From assembly GCF_009914755.1 (NCBI RefSeq), contig NC_060939.1: a stretch of 64,000 bases of DNA. One strand, given 5' to 3'. This DNA comes from the human T2T-CHM13v2.0 reference genome, Homo sapiens. Positions within the stretch are counted from its first letter, which is position 1, and each line of letters opens with the position of its first letter. Position numbers and translations under genes: made by a program. The notes beneath the pieces are model-generated. The model was not told the origin of the DNA. It did no database searches and saw nothing but the letters and a program-made list of their open reading frames with translations. Shown here one piece after another: positions 14,858-28,259 of the stretch.

Positions 14858-16596
14858 ACCACTTTGTCATTGTTGCTGCTGTTAACTAGTTGTATTTAGG
14901 AATAATTTCCATGGAGAAAAACATGTATCTTAAGGGTCCACTTCAGTAACTACTGACGATGCACACATTCCTGTAACCAACACCCCAATGAGTTAAATTT
15001 CTAGCACCCCAAAATTTCCCATTGAAAATTTCCACCACTGACTTCAATTGTCTGTATTTTCTGTATTTCTAGATTAAAATTTATTTCTATGCATTTAGAG
15101 AATCAATAAAATTAAAACTTGTACTTCATAATGTACATAGCTGATTTCTCTCACTTTGGCCTTTTCTATCACTTTACCAATATTTACAACATTTTTCCTC
15201 TTAGTAGTTGAAAAGACATGTGTCGACCCCTGTGCAAATACTCCATCTTGATGCTCCATTAAGCTCACACTTCAGAACTACACTAAATGAAGAAACGAAG
15301 GGCCCCCTCTTCTCCATTTCCCTAACCATCCTCCTTGATCTCCAGTTTCTCTAGCATTCCTGAATACCTGTGATGTCCTACCCTATGCCTGACCCCACAT
15401 CAAGTTCCAAGTGTATTTCATCAGAATTGTATCTCTTCACTGCAGCTGACTTTAGTTAAGTATACAAAAGACAAAATCAAACTGAGGGTGCTCTAAGGTA
15501 CAAAAATTCCCCTAAGGGATGCTCGCATTTTGCATTTTTAAAACAGATCTCCAGTTAACTGAAATGATTTGCTCATTGCTCATGTCATAGCTAAGGCAAA
15601 TCTAGGCAATAGAGTGGAAATGGTTTGGAACAGCAGGTCATTTCCATCCGATGAGATGAGATCTAGCAATCTTTTACCTACTATGTCTATCCACAATGTT
15701 GCTCTGACTCATGAAAATGAGTGCATCCACTTATTCCCCCTCCCAACTCACAGGCTTGTGTGACAGAAGAGTAAGTCCTGGCCCCTTTTTAAACCATTTT
15801 CCATTAATTAACAATCTCCAACCCTGACACACACCCACATAAAAAGAAGTCAATTAAGTGTTTAGAAATTTTGGAGATGGGGAATAAGAAAGCAGCTGAC
15901 AACTACGTTGCAGGTTTGAATCTGAAAAACATAAAATTTAATAGCTTTCTAAGAAGGACAAGGAAGCAGCGAATGGAAGGGGAAATTTTTCAAAGTGCTA
16001 GAGAGGTACAGATAGTGTTTAATTTTAGATACCATGCTGCTTCTATCAACAACATGAAATCCAGTTGACTATTTCAGCAGCATATGTAACTCAGCTAATC
16101 AGAAAAATATGCAAGCAGTTGAGTAGCTGTCTTCTTGACAAACTTTAACATATGGATCTGGAAAACATCCTGAATTCTGGGGCAAAATCAAATCAATCAA
16201 AAAGGCATTAGGGATTTCTTGCCATTTAGCAACAAAGCAACCCTCTTTTCAAAAGGTTCAATAACATCCTTTGGTTCCAAAACAAGGTCTCTTGAGCCTC
16301 CCTTTGTTGCAAGGGAAAAGTCACTGAACCTGAAATTTTGATTCAGCTCTGTCTCATTGACTCCATTGGTCTTGAACAAACCACTTCACCTTTCCAAAAG
16401 ACTAGAGGAAGTCTAAGGTCTCATCTAACTCTCCCATTTGACAATTGTATTTTCCTGATTAGTTTTCTGACTCATGTTAATAGCTATCCATTTTATCAAG
16501 AAGTTGCAGAGCAATAAAAAAAAGGTGAGTTAACATTTTTATACCTAAACTACCTAAGATATATCTAGGAGAATCTATGCCAAAATATTTAAAGTG

Positions 16597-16978
16597 TGTA
16601 TTAGTCTGATCCTGCATTGCTATAAAAAACTACTCGAGACTGGGTAATTTATAAAGAAAAGAGGTTTAATTGGCTCACAGTTCCACAGGCTGTACAGGAA
16701 GCATGGCTGGGGAGGCCTTAGGAAACTTACAATCATGGCGGAAGATGAAAGGGAAGAAGGTCATCCTACATGGCTGAAGCAGGAGGAAAAGAGGGAAGGG
16801 GGAGGTGCTATACACTTTTAAACAACCAGATCTCATGAGAACTCACTCACTATCATGAGAACAGCAAGGGGAAAATCAACCCTCATGATCCAGTCACCTC
16901 CCACCAGGCCCCTCCTCCAACATGGGGATTATAATTGGACATGAGATTTGGGTGGGGTCACAAATCCAAACCATCTCA
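16597..16978 (-). mobile_element. MaLR solo LTR (MSTA-like) with intact 5-bp TSD
   Basis: TGTATTAGTC...GAGACTGGGTAATTTATAAAGAAAAGAGGTTTAATTGGCTCACAG...CCAAACCATCTCA; TSD AAGTG at 16592-16596 and 16979-16983. Confidence 0.92.
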
Positions 16979-17076
16979 AAGTGTTTCAGTCAAATTGATG
17001 GGATTGCGAATGATTTTTTCTTCCTATGGGTGAAGAAGTCATTCTTGAAGGAGGGGTAATAAAAGGGATTTGTAGC

Positions 17077-17701
17077 TGTATAACAAAGAATTTGGCTTTT
17101 CTCAAAGAAAAGATCTGGCCTATGCCCTGGGCCCTCCTGATGGGAGGGTGTTTGCTTGCCTGGTGGCCTTAGGTCATACTGGATGGTCTTAACAATGGGA
17201 TTTAGGGTAGGGGGTGACCACAACCATACAGTCCTAGGACAAGGGCTGGCAATAGATCAACAATGTGACATAAAGTGGGGCCTTTGGGTAACACAGTAAC
17301 AATCAACCTGAAGACTGAGATCAAATACGTATGCAATCAATCATGTCTACTAAATAGAGCCCCAGTAATAACTCTGGTCACTGAGGCTCAGACGGGCTTC
17401 TCTAGTTGGCAATTCTCCATGGGTACTGTCACACATCAGTGCCTGCAGAGTGATGTGTTCTGCCTTCATGGGCTGAAAACAACATATGTGTTCTTCCCTT
17501 GGCTGATTTAATCTGTATCCTTTCCTTGTAATTAACCATAACTATGAGTAGAATAGCTTTCAGTGAGTTCTGTGAGTCATTCTAGCAAATTATCAAACCT
17601 GAGGATGGTTTTGGGAACCCCCTGAACTTTTAGCTGGTATCAGAAGTGAGAACAGTCGTGGGTGCTATAGCCTCTACTTTGTAGTTGGCCTAAACTCTGC
17701 A
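17077..17701 (+). mobile_element. ERV LTR (MER77/MER21 group)
   Basis: AAAGAATTTGGC...AAAGAAAAGATCTGGCCTATGCCCTGG start; CAGTGAGTTCTGTGAGTCATTCTAGCAAATTATCAAACCTGAG...TTGGGAACCCCCTGAAC near the end. Confidence 0.75.
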
Positions 17702-18639
17702 ATATCACAGCAATTAAAAAAAATTAAGATTTAAGATCAATATTTTGCTTCCTAAAAATGCTATGGCCTTTGACAATTTCCCACAAAACAGCCAACAGCC
17801 TCCAAACATGCTCTTAATTTATCCTCTCCCTTCTCTTCTGTCACTGTCCCATGTCTGCACTCCACTCTTCCCCCACCAAGAAATTATTATTTACTTTTAA
17901 TGAAGGTCAGTTTTCTTATTTCTCTGGACTTTTGACTACTAATATTCATTGGAATTTCACCTTCCAATTAAGAGTTATCTTTCTTTCTTCTGGTTATTTA
18001 TGTACACATTTAAAATTTTCTGCTAAGAAAATGTACATATTCTTTTAATAAAAAAGTAACCTCCTCAAAAGCAGGCCCACATATTTTTCAGTCTTCAGAC
18101 AGATTTGCACATGAAAATAAAACTGTGCAGCCAGAACAACTAATTGGAAACAATTTATATTTGATAGGTTTAATATTCTCTTTTCTGATTTTTGACATTC
18201 TTGCCATAACTTATATCCTAGTTTCTAGTCCCCCAAAGTTTCTCTTCTATTTCAAAATTTTCCTTAAACTTTGGCTGACACACCCTTTACATCCTGGGCC
18301 CTTCTTCCCCTCTTCTCTATAGCATTGTCTTCTTTTCTGCTAGTTATTCTCTGCTCTTTGCTAAGTAAAACCTGCAATCCTATCTACGTTTCCTTGTCTT
18401 TTTCTCACAGAATGTCTCCAATATTCTTTTTAAGACAAAATCAAAATCATCTACATCCACACAGCTTACTGACTATATTAACATGACTTTACTACTTCAA
18501 AGTGGTCATAAACGTAATTTTACTATTCCAGGAAATTTGCTCATAAAAATAAAAGTTAAAAATGAATTTATTTTTTATTCCAGCAACTTCCTGAAATACC
18601 AATCAATTTTCAATAGAAAGCATTAAATGATAATGTATA

Positions 18640-18940
18640 CCCCAAGACTCTTTGAACCCCTCGTCAGAATTCTCACCTCATTGTGTCCATTAACCCTAAC
18701 CTGTTGTATCATAATCCATATCCAACTCTAACCAAGCCCTGCGTTGAAAGACCCACTTTCATCTAGATGAGTCTCTAAGTCTCTAAAATTTCAATAAATT
18801 TCCTGACTTTGCCTTCCCTCTTTTGAGGCTCTGTTAAGACTATGTCTACATTATGGTCTCTCTTACCATGGTAAGAACAAACTCAGCTTTGTGCCATTAT
18901 AGGTAGTTTGGTGATGTTTGGGGAAGCCAGCATTCACCAC
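18640..18940 (+). mobile_element. ERV1-type LTR fragment (MER89/90/110-like)
   Basis: 3' motif AAACTCAGCTTTG...GGTGATGTTTGGGGAAGCCAGCATTCACCAC. Confidence 0.5.
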
Positions 18941-19265
18941 AAAGCTCAGGAGAAGAATAAGATAACAAGCCATAATTTTCCTCTGTGATTGAATGTTTAT
19001 ACATGTGTTTTAGGTGGAGTGGGAGGCAGGGAAATGTGTTGTAGGGTGGTAGGAAAGAGAAAGAAATATACAGACATATGCCACTTTAAAATTTTAGCAG
19101 ATTTCTATAACTAATGTCTCATTAGACCCTTAAAACAATGCTATGTAGCACACAGGACATATATTAGGGTCCTCATTTTAAAGACGGAGACTCTAGACTC
19201 ATGGGGTGACGTGAGATTAAGATTTGGGACACATAACATGAAACAGCTAGAGGAAATTGCTAAAG

Positions 19266-19492
19266 CAGGAGTCAGCAAACTGCAACCTGCAGGCCAAATC
19301 CGGCCCTGAGGCCTGTTTATGTAAATAAAAATATATTGAATACAGCCATTTTCTCATTTGTTTGCGTAATTGTCTATAGTTGCTTTGCTGCTGTAATAGT
19401 ATTGTTAAGTAGTTCTGACAGAGACCATATGGTGCACAAAGTCTAAAATATTTTCTGGATGGCCCTTTATAAAACAGGTTTGCCAATCCCTG
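19266..19492 (+). mobile_element. MER58A (hAT-Charlie MITE)
   Basis: TIRs CAGGAGTCAGCAAAC / GTTTGCCAATCCCTG; internal GGCCAAATCCGGCC...TGTAAATAAA. Confidence 0.88.
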
Positions 19493-20029
19493 TTCTAATG
19501 CAACACAACATAAAGTTAACTTCCCCCAAAATGTAATAAAATTATTAAACTCTAAAGGCCTTGAAGATGTGAGTTGGATAGTTCTTCATCAGGCAAAGGG
19601 ATATACAATAATATGAAGTGATAAATTACCAGGTTCTAAAGGGTTTCTAAATAATAGGAAAGAGTTCTCCTGGGAAGTTCTCAACCCAGACACAGATAGC
19701 AATGATACTGTGAACTGAAATAGTGTAGGTAAAGGCCTATCATTCACCCAGCACTGTAGGCATCTAGGCAGCAGCAAATAGGAAGAGAAATCGCTATAAT
19801 AACAAAAATATTGTTGATAAAACTTGAACTTTAAAGACAATGAGAAGAGAAAAGATCAAGAGAATGCTGTACAATTGCTGACTCAACAGTAGCTAAGAAA
19901 GGAAACAAAGCTGACACAGGCAGGCATGAATTGTTAGGAAATCAATAGCTTAATGAGTAATCGAGTCAGCTTTCCTAGAACACCCAGAATGAGTTATGTC
20001 TGCGTTTTTGCTTTTCTTTTGCAACCTAA

Positions 20030-21740
20030 ACTTCAGGCCTCTGACTGGTCTCTCTGCTTCCAGGCTTGCTCCCCTATATTCTACTCCCCAGAAAAAATTA
20101 TCCTTTTACAACAGAAATTAGGTCATGTTAATACTTTGCTCAAAACCCTCCAGTGACTTCACATTTCACCAGAGGTTGATCATTCTTGAAGCTAATAAAT
20201 CTGCAGATTGAGGGCCCCTCATTGCACAGGGCTCTTCCAAGGCCCTGGAAGGGGCTCTGGCAATGTGCTCATGTGGTCATTTTTTTTTAAAATTTGCAAA
20301 TATGAGATATTTTTACCAAAGCTCTTTATTGCTTATTTCCCTCTGTCACATTTCTCTTTAAGTCAAGTGGTGTGAGAATAGACAGACACTTTAGGGCCCA
20401 GGGAAGGAGAAGTTGAATTGGAGAAGCATTTAGTTTGGGTTAGTAGGATGTATTATTGTGGTTCACAGTTACTTCAGTGTAAAAATTTTCCTGGTGTTGG
20501 AATGGCTTCCAGGAATACTTCTGCCATTCTCTGTACCAATCTATGTTGTGACATTAAAGTTCACAGCCTGAGATTATAAAATAAGAACTTGTCTTCATCA
20601 TACCAGAAATATGTGGCTAGTAGAGGAGAAAAGGGGGTTGAAATATATGCAGCCAGAAGCGAGTACACAGAAAATTCTTACAAATCTTATGGTCATATAA
20701 AGAAAGAAAGTTGAGAAAAGTTTTCTCAAATTGACGACAATTCTAAAAAACATACATAGCATTAGCAGTAATGAGTTATAAAATTAAAGAAGGTTTTTTC
20801 CATGAAATCAACAATAAAAAGATAAATTTTGTCCCAACAAGCTAAAGACTGAATTATCTTCAGTTCTTCCTATAGAAAATGATGTTAGAAAATAATATGA
20901 ATAATCAGTTATTTCAGTGTAAACTAATGAAGAGGGAAAAAGTAATGCAACTAACTTTGTTTATACCTTTAAAGAAAAAAAAGGAGAAAAAAGTAATACA
21001 GAGAGGTGTCACAGTTAGTAAAATTATTACGGTTTGGGTTTTTTTTTTGGATTTTGTGGTATGTGTAGTATCTTTTAAAACTGATATTATTATGATTTTT
21101 TTCATTCCAAATAAGTATTAGGTTCGTAGCTAATTTTGTATTCTTTTACTTATAGAAAGCCTCAGGATTATAAGCTTCAAACCCTACAAATCCTGGATCC
21201 ACCCTTGATTCTCAGAGTTAAATACAAAGCCTTTAAAATTGGCCTGTCAAGCCCCCATGATGACGGCTTGCTACTCTCTGACCCATCTCCAACATCCCAC
21301 CCTTACTCACTCCATGCAAGCCACTGTAGCCACTTGCTGATCCTAGATCATACCCAGTACCTTCCTGCCACAGGACTTTTGCACTGGCTGTTTCCTCTGT
21401 ATAATACGCTTTCCCCAGATATCACCATGACTTTTCTCTAACTTTCTTCAGGTCTCTGCTAACATATTACCATAACAGAGCAGCATTCCCTGATTACCTA
21501 TAAAAAATAACACTGTCATCCAGCTCCTGCCACTTTCTATCACCTTACATTGTCTTATGTTCCTTAACAATTAACATCATGTAATACTTTAGTTATTTAT
21601 TACCAACTTTCCCAAGTAGAATGTAAGCTTTGAAAGGAAGGAGACTCATGTTCGCTGCTGTGTCCCCATCCCCAGGGCCTAGAACAGTTCCTGGCTCATA
21701 GCTAGAACTTTAAATTCGTTACTGAGTGAATGACTAAATG
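20030..21740 (+). mobile_element. L2 3' fragment interrupted by a Zaphod insertion
   Basis: L2 motifs (CTCAAAACCCTCCAGTG | CTCAGAGTTAAATACAAA...CACAGGACTTTTGCAC...AGAATGTAAGCT...TGAATGA) continue across the insertion. Confidence 0.75.
20170..21207 (+). mobile_element. Zaphod/MER115-type hAT-Tip100 element, internally deleted
   Basis: GAAGCTAAT...GGGCCCCTCATTGCACAGGGCTCTTCCAAGGCCCTGG left end; TATAAGCTTCAAACCCTACAAATCCTGGATCCACCCTTG right end; degenerate TIRs; internal decayed hAT transposase C-terminus. Confidence 0.78.
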
Positions 21741-22229
21741 AACAAAAGAATGAATGAGTGCATGGAATTATTAACACCAGAATTTAAAGGGATTAATAGT
21801 AAATACAAGACCAGATTGTGACCATACTTTATTTCATTTGCAATTTGCTGTATATAATACATAGTTTGATAAACTACATCTAACTCATTTGAGAGAAGCG
21901 TTTTAGTTCTTTTCAACTAGAACTTACAGTTGCAAATAAAGAGGCCAAAGGAAGAACCTTTTCAAGTACTCCCGAGGGCAAATAATTAAACTGTTTGGGC
22001 ACATCATTATGTCTCTTTCTGAGAGGGTAAAACAGGTAAGCAAATTTTTATCAACGAGCACCTGACTGAGGCCCATTCCTATTGGCTGATAACATTCCTT
22101 TTATAATATCTTAATCTTGAAGTACCAATTGCCTTTTTAAAATATTCTTAAAATTGTGACTTACCTCTTATATAACTAAGCACAGAAATTCACATCCTAC
22201 AAGTTGGAAGGAGCATCAGAGATCACTGG

Positions 22230-22414
22230 GCCCGATGGTTCCCAAACCAGTTGTGTATTAGGAGGACCTGAGGAATTAAAAAATATATAGATTTCCTGGC
22301 CCTGGAGCTGCTATAGCAGAATCTAATGGTGGAGCCTACAGAGCTATATTTTTTAGCAGGCTCTCCTCATAATTTTTTGCAGCCTTCCTGACTCACCAGT
22401 ATTTGAGAACTACT
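22230..22414. mobile_element. MER5-family hAT-Charlie MITE
   Basis: GGTTCCCAAACC...AGATTTCCTGGCCC...TTTGAGAACTACTG terminal motifs. Confidence 0.65.
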
Positions 22415-22521
22415 GATCTTGTTTTCTCTTCTTACTTACTGTGTTTCACAAATGGTGAAACTAGTATGTACACATAACCCTTGACTAGGAAATAGAAAAA
22501 AAGAATCCATTATCGTCTAGA

Positions 22522-22692
22522 TGGTGGTTCTCCATCTGACTGAACACATGGAATCATCTAGAAAGCTTTTATTTTAATGGCTAGGCTCTCCTCCCAGCTG
22601 ATGAAATCAGACTCTCTGGGTAAGACCTACAGCACTCGTGTTTTTAAAGCTCTATAGTGAGTCTAATGTTCAACCAGGATTGAGGAACCCTG
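22522..22692. mobile_element. MER5-family hAT-Charlie MITE
   Basis: GTGGTTCTC...GAATCATCTAG...AAATCAGACTCTCTGGG...CAGGATTGAGGAACCCTG. Confidence 0.7.
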
Positions 22693-23121
22693 ATCAAGAA
22701 GACAAGAATTTCAAGAAACAGAGAAACTATATTTGTCTTTCTTCCTTAGGCACTTCCTACTTTCTGAGTCTGACATTCATATATCTAAAAAGGCAACTTG
22801 GAGACATCCCCTCCTACTGAGGTTTTTACAGTTGAGAATCTTAGATTCTAGAGAGAAACTTGCCCAAGATCAAATAATTAATTAGAGGCTGATTTAGAAC
22901 CTGAACCCAGGTTTCTCATTTCCAGAGCTGATGCAACTTTTACTACATCAAAATCTTCCTATTCACTGTATTTCATTTCATAAGCAAGCCTCTGTGATCT
23001 CAGAGAATCTTTATTCAGTCTCCTGGTCATACCAGCACTCTTTCAGTGAATTACAGGCAGGAGCTAGTTATAAATTCAATGGCGGGCCAGATAAGCAGCT
23101 GCCCATGACACCAATCTATAA

Positions 23122-23300
23122 CAGCATTTTCCAAACTTGCCTGGTCAAAAGATTCTTGTGGGGAAATTGTTAATAATACAGATTCCCAGATTTCGCCACT
23201 GAATATTTTGATTCAGTAGACTTAGTTCAGGATCTTGAAATACGTAAGTATGACAAAGGCTACAGCTGATTCATATGCTTGGCAAGTTTGGGAGAGACTG
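23122..23300. mobile_element. MER117/MER5-like hAT-Charlie MITE
   Basis: TIRs CAGCATTTTCCAAACTTGCC / GGCAAGTTTGGGAGAGACTG. Confidence 0.7.
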
Positions 23301-23370
23301 TACTAAAATATTATTAAAATAATGATATTTTATCCCACTTAAACTGATTTCTATATGTGACTCTTTAGAG

Positions 23371-23588
23371 CAGGAGTTGACAAATTTTTCTATAATGGGT
23401 CAGATGGAATTTGTTTAGGTTCTGCAGGCTGTGTGGTTTCTGTTGCAACTACTCAATTTGTTGCGGTAGTGTGAAAGCAGCCATCAACTATATAGATGAA
23501 TGGGAATGGCTATATTCTATCAAAACTGTTTACAAAAACAGGCAGTGGACTGGACTGGACCCACACACTATAAGTTGGCAACTCCCTG
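23371..23588 (-). mobile_element. MER58A (hAT-Charlie MITE)
   Basis: CAGGAGTTGACAAA...TGCAACTACTCAA...AAAACAGGCAGTGG...GTTGGCAACTCCCTG. Confidence 0.82.
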
Positions 23589-23621
23589 ATTTACATAACG
23601 ATAAAAATGTAAATTTATAAT

Positions 23622-25734
23622 TGTAACAAATATTTGCCTACAAGAAATAAGAATAAACAAAAATAGTGACTTAAATAAATAAGGATTTATTTCATCTCAC
23701 ATAACAAATTTAGACTTAGGTGATTGCTGTTGTAAGTTTAGCAATTTAATAACATGTCAAAAGTGGGACCATTTACCTTCAGAAACTTCTAGAAGGCATC
23801 TTCTTTTGTATTATTGGTTAGATTTGGATCACATGCCCACACCAGGTTTTATGACTAAGTACACTGTTCCTGAAATCAAGGGAATTCTGTCCAAAAAGTG
23901 CTGGGGTGGGGAGCAGGGAGTGTGGAGGTGGATGACTAAGATCATTAATATAGAAGAAAGCTGGGTAAGTAGTGCTTTTATGTAGCCAGCTCACAGTGTC
24001 TGTCACAGTCCAGCCCTTTGGCAATCTGACATCCACACACATCCTTCTTCCTACACATGCAGTTTTTAGGTGTACTCACCCTTCTCCCTAAGGAAGGAAA
24101 ACTATGACATTCCTCTAACTACTACATTCACATCCAAATCTAGTATCTCTAGACAATGTTCGATCTTCATTTGGTCCAGAGATAAGTTCTTTCAGGTGTG
24201 GAAATTTTCTCCAAAAATCAGGTTTCCTGCTTCCAACATATCTAATATACAATTGTTGGAAAAGACTAATCTTTAATATTTGCTAGCATATACTTCATCC
24301 TGTTAGAAAGACATAGTGAGAAATGCCTGCCCTCTCAATGGAGACAGTCTTTGATTAGTCAATCTGACAATTCCTGGTTCTATTCTTGACGAAACTCTCC
24401 TGATTTTTCTTCCATAGCCTCTGGTTCTTCCCTCTAGTAAGATATGCCTTAATCACTATTTTTAATGCCTGTTTCTGAAATGAGCATTCAAGAGAAATTT
24501 CTCAAATGTTAGCAACCTCTGCGTGTTCGTACAAATTCAGATACCTAAAGATTGCCTTTGGGGTTCAATAATTACATGCAGTTGTTGGTGAGGCTTGGAG
24601 TATCTTTAAGCAATAAAGTTCCTCTCAAAAACTCAGTAGATTCCGTCTATTTGTGTCTGGTCAATTCCTTGCATTAGTAACCACAGCTAAAGATCTCGTC
24701 TAGACAGTCTTTGAGGCTAAGAATCCTTGTCTCTCTGCAGCTAGATCCTGTGCTCTTCTAAATCCTCTCGGTATTTAACTCACACAATCAGGTTTTTGTG
24801 CTAAAAAATCTCCAGTTTTATCAGTCTTAAAGATGCCACTTTCCCACCTCTGCTTGTTTTAACTTGAGATATCAAAGACACCTTCTCCAACCCTACAAAG
24901 TATGGAATTCTGTTCATTTAGACTGGAGGTCACAGTTAGAAAGCATCTCTCTCAGCAGTCATACTTTCTTCCCTCTCTGATTAGAGATTACCTATCTAAT
25001 TTAAGTTTGCCTCTCATAGTAAGACTTTTTTTGCTAACAGCCATTAAAGTAACCCAACACACAGGAACATCCTGAATTTTTCCTTTCATTTCCCATGCCA
25101 CTCTAACCTTAGTCAACCTGTGGTCTGCATTATAAGACAGATCAGGCCAATGGTTGCTTAAATATTTTGCTATACCGAAGGTTTTCCTGCCTGACAGTTG
25201 AGTCCGCAACCTCCACTCTGACCTAACAAAAAGTGTGTTTCTTGCAGTATTCCACTTCCAGGACCCAAATTCTCTATCAGTTAGATATGCTTTCAGCTAT
25301 AAACCATTAAAACTCAATGAACTACAGATGAAACAAATAAAAATATTTTTCTCTAACAGAAATCTAGGTGTGAGTAGTAGCATTGGTTCCAAGGCATCAA
25401 GGCCCTAAGTCAGCATCTCTGTGATTCTCGTGGCCTCCTGCTCATAGTCACGAGATGGTTGCAGCACATCATCACATCACCTTGGAAGGCAGGAAGCAGG
25501 TGGTAGTGTGATGCAGAGCTTTTCTTCTCAGCCTCTGTCTCTTATATCAAGAAGTAAAATTTTTCCCAAAGCCCCTCAACAGCCTTTTACTTAAATCTCA
25601 TTGGCCAGAATTGGATAAGAAGCCTGCTCACCTTAGACTTGGGCATACCTTCCATGGAATCAAAGGATCTGCACTGGGGGAAAAAAGTTAGGGTCCCTTA
25701 AGCAAGGAATACTTAGCCAACGGTGTCTGCCGTA
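23622..25734 (-). mobile_element. Decayed two-LTR MaLR provirus (MLT1I/J-like LTR-int-LTR)
   Basis: Two MLT1-like LTRs (~23622-24007, 25273-25734), both ending GTGTCTG(T/C)C on plus; PPT junction ACA|GTCCAGCCCTTTGGC; leader junction CCACTTCCAGGACCCAAATTC|TCTATCAGTTAG. Confidence 0.72.
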
Positions 25735-25790
25735 GACTGCCCCCAACAAAACTGACAAGAGCCCAAATGGAAGTTTTAAAACTTAAGCTA

Positions 25791-26125
<335 letters not shown>

Positions 26126-26209
26126 TTAAACTAAAAACAAATAAAACCTCCTCATAAACCTTTTCTCATGACACTGCAAATTGCACAGTACAACTATGGG
26201 CTGCACTGA

Positions 26210-26681
<472 letters not shown>

Positions 26682-26682
26682 T

Positions 26683-27250
26683 TATATTCATTTTCTACTG
26701 CTGCATAACAAACTACTACAGACTTAGCATCTTAAAACAATACTCATTTACTATCTCACAGTCTGTAAGTCAGAAGTCCAGAGGGTCTCTACTGGTTTCT
26801 CTAGATAGAATCTCAGGAGGTTAAAATCAAAGCTTGGCTCTGGGGAAGAATCCACTTACAAGCTCATTCAAGTTGTTGGCAGAGTTTATTTCCTTATGAT
26901 TGGTAGGACTGAGGTCCCTGCCTTCCTTGCTCTCAGTGGGGAGTTGCTCACAGCTCCTAAAGGCTGATCTCTGCTCCTTGCATTCGCCTCCCTCATCTTC
27001 AAAGCCCACAGTGGCATTTACATCCTTCTTTTGCTTCGAATTTCTGACTTTTTTCCCATGACCAGCTGGAGAACACTCTAAGTTGTAATATGGTTAGATT
27101 AGACCCACCCTGATAATCTCTTCTATGGTCTACTGATAAATAACCATAATTATACCTGCAAAATCTCTTTTGCCACATAAACTAACATAACAAGCACAGT
27201 GATACCGGGGGCAAGCGTATTGGAGCCACCTTGGAATTCTGCCCATCACA
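26683..27250 (-). mobile_element. MaLR solo LTR (MLT1E-like)
   Basis: TTTTCTACTGCTGCATAACAAACTAC...GGAAGAATCCAC...GTAGGACTGAGGTCCC...GAATTCTGCCCATCACA. Confidence 0.8.
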
Positions 27251-27600
27251 CAAGCAATTCCATGGCCCCAGTTAAATAATAGTTAAAACAGATATTTAAA
27301 GATTATCAGTCCAAAGTCACCAGCAGAGGCTGGTTGCATTTCATAGTCCATGTACTGGGCCTGGCATATGAATACATATGCTAAACACATATCTGTGGCT
27401 TACTGATCAAGTAAGCCTGGCATATAGGCTAAGCTGCCCATCCTAAGACAAGAATTGAGAGGTGACCATGCCCCTTATGTTTTATGAAGCCAGTACCACA
27501 CGGATGAGGGGTGGAGACACAAGCAGATACTAGTGGACAGGAATGTCACCAAAAGGGCCAGAGAGTCAAGAGAAGCTAAACACAACCTGGGTATCTGTAC

Positions 27601-27906
<306 letters not shown>

Positions 27907-28080
27907 ACTATCTGTACATTTTAAATAGTCCTTAATATTTCATCCTTCCCCAAGCCCTAAAACAAATGGAGAGGGTTCTTTTTCTCCACATTCCTCAGTC
28001 TGCATTTTGACCTTTGGGAACCCCCTTTCCCTTTCACAGCTGCCCTTTGAATTGCTAAACTTAGCTAGATTCCACTGTCT

Positions 28081-28090
28081 GGGACTTTCC
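28081..28090 (+). promoter_or_regulatory. Perfect NF-kB site GGGACTTTCC
   Basis: Exact canonical kB decamer; related GGGAACCCCC at 28016-28025. Function not shown. Confidence 0.45.
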
Positions 28091-28196
28091 AGGGCTCAGC
28101 ACTTTTCTAAAGATTAATTAACATGCAGGCCACTTTCCAAATCATCCTCTTAAAAGTTATCACCGTCTTCTCTCTCACTCCTCTCGTAATCCACCT

Positions 28197-28259
28197 CACA
28201 CATGCTCACACGCACACTCGCACGCACACCCGCACACACCCTCGCGTGTGCACACACAC
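28197..28259. repeat. Degenerate (CA/CG)n alternating purine-pyrimidine tract
   Basis: CACACATGCTCACACGCACACTCGCACGCACACCCGCACACACCCTCGCGTGTGCACACACAC. Confidence 0.9.

Noticed and set aside
22165-22196. 32-nt minus-strand AG..GTAAGT microexon
   Set aside because: Perfect donor, but an isolated match next to old repeats is expected by chance.
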